Below are positions 56,988 through 64,000 of a DNA stretch of 64,000 bases, in pieces (position 1 is the stretch's first letter; every line of letters starts with the position of its first letter). The DNA is from an uncultured Chloroflexia bacterium (GTDB lineage Bacteria; Chloroflexota; Chloroflexia; QHBQ01; JADMIH01). The stretch is taken from the NCBI GenBank assembly GCA_963797095.1, contig CAWCNY010000001.1:288001-352000 (forward strand), in the 5' to 3' direction. Under the pieces are notes generated by a model that saw nothing but the letters and a program-made list of their open reading frames with translations, was not told the DNA's origin and ran no database searches. The translations under genes were made by a program, and so were the position numbers.

Positions 56988-58078
56988 CAACACCGGCTAC
57001 GAATATCGCCCCCGCCGGCGGCCCGGCAACTAACGGCGCGGCAGATCAGTCTCCGGTAGTGCTGGAGGTCCGCAACCTCACCAAGCACTTCCCTATGGGC
57101 AGCCCGCTCCGCCCGCTTTTCGTGCATGCCCTCACCGATGCGTCCTTCACCATTTCGCGCGGAGAGGTAGTCGCACTGGTAGGCGAGTCGGGCAGCGGCA
57201 AATCCACCACCGCCCGCGTGATAGTGAGGTTGATCGAGCCGACCGGCGGCAAGATACTGCTTCATGGCCGGGATATGCTCAAGGAGGAGCCTCGCAAGGC
57301 TTCGCTGAGCTATCGCAAGGCTGTGCAAATGATCTTCCAGGATCCATTCGGCTCGCTGAATCCGGTGCATACGATAGAGCACACGGTGGGCCGCCCCATC
57401 TCCATCCACAACAAGACGAAGCGCTCACCCGAGAACGAAGTGCTTACGCTGCTGGACTCGGTCGGCTTGCACCCGGCGGCCGACGTGGCCGCCCGTTACC
57501 CCTTCCAGCTATCGGGTGGGCAGCGCCAGCGTGTGGCTATCGCCAGGGCTCTCGCGGTAAACCCCGAGATCATCCTGGCGGACGAGCCCGTTTCGATGCT
57601 GGATGTGTCCATCCGAATGGGCATTTTGAACTTGATGGAGCGGCTCAAGGACGACAAGGGGATCGGCTTCCTGTATATCACCCACGACCTGGCGAGCGCT
57701 CGCTACATAGGTGACCGCACCATCGTGCTGTACGCCGGGCACATGGTGGAAGGCGCCGAGAGCAAGGAATTGATGGCCGAGCCTGCACACCCGTATTCCC
57801 GCTTGCTGCTTTCAGCCGTGCCCAACCCCCAGGCGGGCCTCGTGGTGGACGACGAGGAGGTGCGTGGCGAGATACCGTCGCTTATCAACCCGCCCCCCGG
57901 CTGTCCGTTCGCTCCTCGCTGCCCGCACGTCATGGACGCATGCCGACAGGTGATGCCTGGTCGTGAGAATGTATCATCTGACCATTGGGTTCGCTGCCAT
58001 CTCTACGGCCCCGGTAAGTCGCAAGATATACAAGATATAATGGAGAAGCCAGCCGTTTCAGCGGCACAAAGCCAGTAG
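56984..58078 (+). CDS. ABC transporter ATP-binding protein (DppF-like)
   Basis: GESGSGKST, LSGGQRQR, DEPVSMLD, GCPFAPRC. Confidence 0.9.
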   Translation: MTTPATNIAPAGGPATNGAADQSPVVLEVRNLTKHFPMGSPLRPLFVHALTDASFTISRGEVVALVGESGSGKSTTARVIVRLIEPTGGKILLHGRDMLKEEPRKASLSYRKAVQMIFQDPFGSLNPVHTIEHTVGRPISIHNKTKRSPENEVLTLLDSVGLHPAADVAARYPFQLSGGQRQRVAIARALAVNPEIILADEPVSMLDVSIRMGILNLMERLKDDKGIGFLYITHDLASARYIGDRTIVLYAGHMVEGAESKELMAEPAHPYSRLLLSAVPNPQAGLVVDDEEVRGEIPSLINPPPGCPFAPRCPHVMDACRQVMPGRENVSSDHWVRCHLYGPGKSQDIQDIMEKPAVSAAQSQ

Positions 58079-58197
58079 ATCTTTGGATTTCGCCCCAGGG
58101 AACGTTCTAACCACCATACTGGCCCATCGGGGGAACGGGCTCTGCCGTTGGAGCATCTCCGAAAAGGCATATGCGGTTCGTCTGAACGGACATCACT

Positions 58198-60267
58198 ATG
58201 CAGACTTCGGGCTCGCCAATCACACCATACGCTCCGGCATCCGCGCAAGACCAACCGACGATCCGCTCCGGGCTGGTAGTGCTGATAGGCGCGCTCTCCG
58301 CTCTGGCGCCGCTGTCGCTTACCATGTACCTGCCGGGGCTGCCTTCGATAGTGCGCGACCTGGGAGCTAGCACATCAGAGGGTCAGTTGTCCCTGACCGC
58401 CTGTATGTTCGGGTTGGCCGCCGGGCAAATTGTCGCCGGATCGTTGAGCGACGCGCTGGGCCGCCGTAGACCGCTCATAGTGGGGTTGCTAATCTACACA
58501 GTGGCGTCCCTCCTCTGCGCTCTGGTTCCGTCGGCGGGCGTTTTGATCGGTTTGCGCTTCGTTCAGGGGCTTGCCGGAGCTGCGTGCGTGGTGACGGCGC
58601 TAGCCATAGTGCGCGACCTCTTTGAGGGCACTGAAATGGCGCGCTTTCTCACGCTGACAATGCTGGTGTCAGGGCTCGCGCCGATTCTCGCCCCGATAGT
58701 GGGCGGCGCGCTTCTGGACGTCACCTCCTGGCGTGGTGTCTTCCTTCTCTTGGCGGCATACGGAGGAGTGCTGGCGCTGCTTTGCGCCATGGGTATGCGA
58801 GAGACCCTGCCCACAGAGCGTCGAGCTCAGGCGCAGTCTATTGCTACCCTTGGCGCCTTCCGGAGACTGCTCACAGACCGCGTTTTCCTCGGCTACGCAC
58901 TCTCATCTGGTCTCGCTACGGGCGCTCTATTTGCCTACGTCTCCGGCTCGCCCTTCGTCCTGCAGAACATCTATGGTATGTCGCCCCAGGCCTTCAGCCT
59001 TCTGTTCGGCCTGAACTCGGTGGGTGGTATCATGGCGAGCTTTATCGCCAATCGGCTGGTCAAGCGTCTGGCGCCCCAGAGGATTCTTGTTATCGGTTTG
59101 ACTACGTTGCTTTGTGCCGGGCTGCTACTGCTAGCCTGCCTTCTGACAGGACTGGGATTGCTTGGCATCATGCCGGCCTTCTTTATAATAGGCAGTTGCT
59201 TCGGGTTCATCACGCCCATGGCGAACGCTTTAGCGTTGACTAGCCACCCGGAAGCGGCAGGTAGCGCCGCGGGCCTGGTCGGTATGCTAGGCTTTGCGTT
59301 CGGCGGGTTAGTTGCTCCCCTTGTCGGAATTGCTGGGCCGGCTACGGCCATGCCAATGGCGCTGATTGTAGTAATTGCCAGCGCAGGTGCGTGCTGCACT
59401 TACCTACTCTTGAGCTATAGAGCCGGCCGCATCCCTGGCCGTGTGGCCAGGGCGGAAGATTCAAGGGTTGACCTGCAGGCGAGCCGCGGTGGTGCAGCAG
59501 GTGGTGCAGCAGGTGGTGCAGCTGGTGTGGCTCGTGGTGCAGCTGGCGGCATGTGCGTGGTTACTATATCGGGCGAATATGGCAGCGGCAGTGGTGAGGT
59601 GGCTGCACGGCTGGCGAAGCGCCTCGGATGGCAGCTCGTTGACCACGAAATCATCAGCAGGGTGGCCAATGCGCTCGGGGTGACACCCGAACTTGCCGAA
59701 GCGCACGATGAGCGGACCGATAAGCCTTCCCCGGAATACCTCGCCGGCCTGCAGACTATGCAAGTCCTGGCTAATGCCCCGATACCCGTAGATATCCCGC
59801 GCGACTCTCAGGCCTACTCCGAAGCGCGACGTTTAGTTGTCCGGGAGGCCGCTGCGAGTGGCAAAGTCGTTATAGTGGGTCGAGGTGGACAGGTACTGCT
59901 CGCGGGCCGGCGCGACACTTTGCATGCCAGGATCGTTGCTCCCCTTCTCGAGCGTACAGCCTACGTAAGGCGGCGCGAGTTGCTGAACGCCGATGCAGCC
60001 CTGGAGCGGATACAGACCAAAGATAGAGAGCGAGCTAAATTCCTGATGGTGGAGCACGGGCATGACCCGGCGGACGTCCACCTGTACGACATTGTACTTA
60101 ACACTGCAATGCTGGACCTCGACAGTGTTGTGGATCAGCTGGCAGATGCTCTACAGCGCAAGGGGACGAGGATCGCAGTACCAACTGCAGACTTGGGACC
60201 GGGAGCGGGGCTGCAACCCTATCCCACGCTGCCCACAGCCGGCGAAGCGCCCAATGCAAGCCTATAG
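58198..60267 (+). CDS. Bcr/CflA-type MFS efflux permease fused to a C-terminal cytidylate-kinase-like domain
   Basis: MYLPGLP, GSLSDALGRRRPL, LRFVQG, YVSGSPF; after a Gly/Ala linker come VVTISGEYGSGSGEVA, VIVGRGG and YDIVLNT. Confidence 0.8.
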   Translation: MQTSGSPITPYAPASAQDQPTIRSGLVVLIGALSALAPLSLTMYLPGLPSIVRDLGASTSEGQLSLTACMFGLAAGQIVAGSLSDALGRRRPLIVGLLIYTVASLLCALVPSAGVLIGLRFVQGLAGAACVVTALAIVRDLFEGTEMARFLTLTMLVSGLAPILAPIVGGALLDVTSWRGVFLLLAAYGGVLALLCAMGMRETLPTERRAQAQSIATLGAFRRLLTDRVFLGYALSSGLATGALFAYVSGSPFVLQNIYGMSPQAFSLLFGLNSVGGIMASFIANRLVKRLAPQRILVIGLTTLLCAGLLLLACLLTGLGLLGIMPAFFIIGSCFGFITPMANALALTSHPEAAGSAAGLVGMLGFAFGGLVAPLVGIAGPATAMPMALIVVIASAGACCTYLLLSYRAGRIPGRVARAEDSRVDLQASRGGAAGGAAGGAAGVARGAAGGMCVVTISGEYGSGSGEVAARLAKRLGWQLVDHEIISRVANALGVTPELAEAHDERTDKPSPEYLAGLQTMQVLANAPIPVDIPRDSQAYSEARRLVVREAAASGKVVIVGRGGQVLLAGRRDTLHARIVAPLLERTAYVRRRELLNADAALERIQTKDRERAKFLMVEHGHDPADVHLYDIVLNTAMLDLDSVVDQLADALQRKGTRIAVPTADLGPGAGLQPYPTLPTAGEAPNASL

Positions 60268-60329
60268 TGGATCTACGAATGCGAGCGTGATGCTCGGTAA
60301 GGACAACTACAGGCCAAGGTATTACTAAC

Positions 60330-60935
60330 ATGACAGACACATCAACCAATATTTCCGGTACGACAATTCTCATCGCTGATGAGGACTCAATCCTGCGGCT
60401 CGACTTGCGCGATCTACTGCAAGCGATGGGCTACCTGGTGATCGGGGAGGCACGCGACGGGCAAAGCGCCATAGCCATGGCGAGAAGCCTGCACCCCGAC
60501 CTGGTCATTGTGGGCGTACGGCTGGTAGGAGATATGGATGGCGTTGCTGTCGCCGCGGTGCTTACGTCGGAGCGGATCGCTCCGGTGCTTCTGCTGTCCC
60601 ACTTCAGCGACTCCCCCCTGGCCCGCCGGGCCGCGGAGGCAGGCGTAGCGGGCTACGTGCTGAAGCCGGTTGATGAGAGTAACCTCTACCCGGCAATCGA
60701 GGTAGCCATCTCTCGTTTCCGGCAGATCCAGTCGCTTGAGAATAAGATAAGCTATTTGCTCGACGAACTGGAGACGACCAAGCTGTTGGAGCGCGCCAAG
60801 GCGGTGCTTATGAAGCAGCACCAGCTGACCGAGGAAGAAGCACTTGTTCGCATCGAATATGTGTGCAACAACGCGAACAAGTCTATGCGCGCCGTAGCCG
60901 AAGCTATAATCCTCACGCAACGTCTTGGCGCGTGA
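60330..60935 (+). CDS. ANTAR-domain response regulator (PdtaR/AmiR/NasT-like) with a degenerate receiver
   Basis: ILIADED, GYVLKP, LET.KLLERAKAVLM....TEEEA. Confidence 0.8.
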   Translation: MTDTSTNISGTTILIADEDSILRLDLRDLLQAMGYLVIGEARDGQSAIAMARSLHPDLVIVGVRLVGDMDGVAVAAVLTSERIAPVLLLSHFSDSPLARRAAEAGVAGYVLKPVDESNLYPAIEVAISRFRQIQSLENKISYLLDELETTKLLERAKAVLMKQHQLTEEEALVRIEYVCNNANKSMRAVAEAIILTQRLGA

Positions 60936-61004
60936 CCCGGCCACCTCTGCGCCAGGCTACCCCAGGATGTAGGAGCAAGGAAGCCCATGCGGAAGTGGCC
61001 GTGA

Positions 61005-61155
61005 AGTGGCCATGTCGGAGTGGCCATGTCGGAGTGGCCATGTCGGAGTGGCCATGTCGGAGTGGCCATGTCGGAGTGGCCATGTCGGAGTGGCCATGTC
61101 GGAGTGGCCATGTCGGAGTGGCCATGTCGGAGTGGCCATGTCGGAGTGGCCATGT
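61005..61155. repeat. 14-bp tandem repeat AGTGGCCATGTCGG, about 10.8 copies
   Basis: Ten perfect units 61005-61144 plus a partial unit. Confidence 0.95.
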
Positions 61156-61234
61156 AGCCGTAAGCAGTAGCCCGCAACGCGACCCGCTGCGTTCGCGTCG
61201 CCTCGCGTGGCCTCAGGAGGGAATAAGAGTAACG

Positions 61235-62149
61235 ATGGTGCAAATAGAATTCGGCTTGCTGCTTCCTCATGGAGCGCAAACACCACAGGCTCGGGTTCGC
61301 TACCTGCGAGATTGCCTAAGCAACCTGCAGATCATAAAGGGCCGTTTCACATCGGTCTGGATGTCTGACCACCTGCAGGTAGGTGGTCAGGATGTCATGG
61401 AGTGTTGGACCACCCTGGCGTACTTCGCCGCCCTCCACCCCGAGCTGTACTTCGGATCGGTCGTGCTCTCCCAGGCCTATCGGAATCCGGCTCTGGTGGC
61501 AAAGATGGGCGCCACCTTCCAGTACCTTACCGGCGGCCGCCTGGTGTTGGGCCTGGGAGCAGGCTGGAAGGAGGACGAATTCCACTCCTATAACTACCCG
61601 TTCCCATCGCCGGCCACGCGCGTAAGCGAGCTGGAGGAGGCGGTCACAATCATCAAGGCGCTGTGGACCCAGGAGGAGACCACTTTCGAGGGTAAGCACT
61701 ACAGTGTGCGCGCCGCCCGCTGCGAACCGAAACCCGAACCTGTGCCGCCCATTTTGATCGGCGCACAGCGGCCGCAATTGATGCGTATCGCAGCCCGGCT
61801 GGCTGACCGGTGGGATATCACCGGCTCGGCGGTATCGCGCGACGACTACCCGGCCCTCGCCCGCAGGATGGACGCGCTCCTGGACGAAGTCGGCCGAGAC
61901 CCCGCGACCTTGCGGCGCAGCTTCTCTGGGCCGTGTGCCGTAGCCCCAACCGAAGCCGAGGTCAAGGAGTTGGCCGCGCGTATACCCGAGGGCAAAGGCA
62001 TAGTCGGCACACCCTCCAGGGTGGTGGAGCAGCTCGGGCGTTTCGTCGATCATGGGGTAACACGGTTCCAGCTTGCGTTCGCGGGTTTCCCCGACACCGG
62101 ACAGATCGAGCTCTTTATGAGAGAGGTTATGCCACAGCTGGGGGTGTAG
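61235..62149 (+). CDS. LLM class flavin/F420-dependent oxidoreductase
   Basis: WMSDH, YRNPALVAKM, GRLVLGLGAGW, PPILIG. Confidence 0.85.
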   Translation: MVQIEFGLLLPHGAQTPQARVRYLRDCLSNLQIIKGRFTSVWMSDHLQVGGQDVMECWTTLAYFAALHPELYFGSVVLSQAYRNPALVAKMGATFQYLTGGRLVLGLGAGWKEDEFHSYNYPFPSPATRVSELEEAVTIIKALWTQEETTFEGKHYSVRAARCEPKPEPVPPILIGAQRPQLMRIAARLADRWDITGSAVSRDDYPALARRMDALLDEVGRDPATLRRSFSGPCAVAPTEAEVKELAARIPEGKGIVGTPSRVVEQLGRFVDHGVTRFQLAFAGFPDTGQIELFMREVMPQLGV

Positions 62150-62171
62150 GGGCATTCGCAAACTATTACCG

Positions 62172-62609
62172 TCAGTTGCCCCTGACTTTGGTCGGGGTGA
62201 TCCTGATGGGCACCGTATACTTCGCGGCGAAGTTCTCGGGCGTGCCCCACGGGCCGTGGGCAATGAAGTCGGCATACTTTGTGGCGTACGTCTGGTTCGT
62301 GGCCGCCGACGGCTCTCCGGGGTAGATGCGCGCCTCGCCCCCTATCACGATTATGTGCCCGCCCCGGCCGTCGCCGTCGAAGTTGAACGACACACGTGGC
62401 TTGCGCTTGATATTTGCGACCCTGGCGGCATGAGTGAGGCTGTACATAAGTATCGTGTCGCCCTCCCACAGGAACCAAACCGGGTTGGGCTGAGGCGTGC
62501 CGTCTTCTCCCACTGTGGTGAGCCCGGCCAGCTTCTCCTCGCGCAGCCTTCTCGCCACCCGCCCGCCGAAGGACGTGGAAGTGGGAGGCATAGCAGAACT
62601 CTCACTCAT
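62172..62609 (-). CDS. PPOX class F420-dependent oxidoreductase (Rv3369-like)
   Basis: LTTV..DGTPQPNPVWFLW, NI...PRVS.NF, Y..KY. Confidence 0.8.
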   Translation of the reverse strand: MSESSAMPPTSTSFGGRVARRLREEKLAGLTTVGEDGTPQPNPVWFLWEGDTILMYSLTHAARVANIKRKPRVSFNFDGDGRGGHIIVIGGEARIYPGEPSAATNQTYATKYADFIAHGPWGTPENFAAKYTVPIRITPTKVRGN

Positions 62610-63840
62610 GTTGTAGTCCTTTCTCCTGTTTGATAGTGTCTCCCCTGCTCGGCATGGTTGCGGGCTGAGGCTCGGCGAAATGGTGCCGGGTCAGTTGGGC
62701 AGCAAGCATCAGGACCAGCGCCAGCAGCGCAGCGCCACTGCTCGCCACCATTATGCTGCGTACGCCAAACGCATCGAACACGAAGCCCCCCAGCAGGCTG
62801 GCAGCCAGGGGCGCGAGCCCCTGTATGCCTATGTTCATCAGCCCCTGGTAGGTCGCCCCTCGCTGGGGCGGTGCCCAGCTGTTGACCAGCCGCACAGTGG
62901 TGGGCACGAACGTGGCGTAGCCCAAGCCCTGAAGTATCGCTGCGAGAGGCAGCAGCACAGGCTCAGTAATCAGGAAGGCGCTCATATAGGAGCAAGCGGA
63001 CACGCCATAGGAGAGGAGCAGCGTGCGTGGCCCCCCCAGGCGGTCCATGATAGCGCCGTGAGTCAGCATCACCGGCACCTCCACTGCCGCGGCCACCGCC
63101 GAGTAGATCCCCACCAGCACTTGCCCGCCCAGGTTGCTGAAGTACACGGGGGAGAATATCCGCATCATCGACATGCCCAGGCTCAGGAAGAACGAACAAG
63201 CCAGCACGACCCAGAAACGGCGCTGCACTGAGCTGAGGCGCAGGGTTGGTGGGGCCATGGTGGGTCCTTCCTTCTTATCGCCGAGCAGCGGCACTATTAC
63301 GCTCGCGACGAGATAGAAGAAGGTGGTGACCGGAAACATCAGCAGCATGCCCAGGCGTTGCCACAGCACGCCGGCCACGGCGGGCAACACCGCAAAAGTC
63401 GCGGATCCCCACAGCCGCATCCGTCCAAAACTCAAGTTGTGGCGTGCAGCCAGCTGCACTGCCAACCCGTCAGTGAGGGAGAAAATCGAGCAGCTGCAGA
63501 ACGCAAAGGCGGTTGCCGCCGAAAGCAAGGTGGCGAATGAGCCGGTGAGGGGATATAGCAGGAATATTATGCCGCTGCAGATCATGCTGAGTCGCAGCAG
63601 TGCCACCTGCCAGCCGTGGCGGTCGGCGAAAGATATGAGCACCGGCGCGGCAAACAGCGACATCAACGGCCCTAGGGCGCTCAGCAGCCCGATTTCGCTG
63701 CCGGACAGCCCCCGCTGAGCATAGTAGACGCTCAGGAAGGGCAAGAAGAACGCATTGCCGCTCATGAAGGCCAAGTAGACGAGGCCCCCGCGCGCTGTGG
63801 GGCTGAGACGGGACCGCCACTTTTCGATCATTGCTGCCAC
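62602..63840 (-). CDS. MFS transporter (MFS_1-like)
   Basis: About 12 hydrophobic segments, PFLSVY, ADRHG, FGRMRLWGS. Confidence 0.85.
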   Translation of the reverse strand: MAAMIEKWRSRLSPTARGGLVYLAFMSGNAFFLPFLSVYYAQRGLSGSEIGLLSALGPLMSLFAAPVLISFADRHGWQVALLRLSMICSGIIFLLYPLTGSFATLLSAATAFAFCSCSIFSLTDGLAVQLAARHNLSFGRMRLWGSATFAVLPAVAGVLWQRLGMLLMFPVTTFFYLVASVIVPLLGDKKEGPTMAPPTLRLSSVQRRFWVVLACSFFLSLGMSMMRIFSPVYFSNLGGQVLVGIYSAVAAAVEVPVMLTHGAIMDRLGGPRTLLLSYGVSACSYMSAFLITEPVLLPLAAILQGLGYATFVPTTVRLVNSWAPPQRGATYQGLMNIGIQGLAPLAASLLGGFVFDAFGVRSIMVASSGAALLALVLMLAAQLTRHHFAEPQPATMPSRGDTIKQEKGLQHE

Positions 63841-64000
63841 TTTGCTACATTCCTGCCACTTACCAGCTGCCGCCTCGACGTGGGCCGTAGCCTATCATGA
63901 TGGTTTCGTGTTGTTCCCTAACGCCCGTTCTTAGCCACTCTCTGCAAGTCTCTACAAGCCCGGAACCTTGGAGGCTGCCTCCACATCTGCCGTGCCGATG

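Noticed and set aside
61005-61155. Possible CRISPR array or repeat-protein ORFs (MATPTWPLRHGHSD)n
   Set aside because: Simple 14-bp VNTR; the ORFs through it are by-products, and the LLM gene most likely starts at 61235
1-64000. tRNA, rRNA, transposase, integrase or island boundary repeats
   Set aside because: None recognisable by eye; present-day mobility of the island is unsupported

Overview
GC-rich bacterial DNA, probably Chloroflexota (inferred from protein style and F420-type enzymes). It is dominated by one large glycoside/polyphenol catabolic island (about 1.8-58 kb). The core (11.1-46.8 kb) is a large paralog array of C-glycoside deglycosidase-like genes: 14 xylose-isomerase-like TIM-barrel alpha subunits (DgpC/CarB-like, one frameshifted) and 14 DUF6379-type beta subunits (DgpB/CarC-like). 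These are interspersed with six Gfo/Idh/MocA oxidoreductases, a putative 3-keto-glucal hydratase, glucokinase and an aldo-keto reductase. An fde-like aglycone ring-cleavage operon lies on the left. On the right are a STAND-ATPase/LuxR regulator, a LacI repressor and an Opp/Dpp-type ABC importer; a second LacI sits at 16.6 kb. The regulatory logic is readable by eye: two bidirectional sigma70 promoter pairs carry a TTACACGT(G/A)TAA LacI-like operator, and five catabolic promoters share a YCCC-N3-TTTTT-N2-(G/A)GT(A/G) box at an identical distance from a TATACT/TATGCT -10 element. The flanks hold an interrupted mgtA, a Bcr/CflA MFS fused to a cytidylate-kinase-like domain, an ANTAR pseudo-receiver and F420-type oxidoreductases. 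All calls come from motif recognition by eye; no searches were run.
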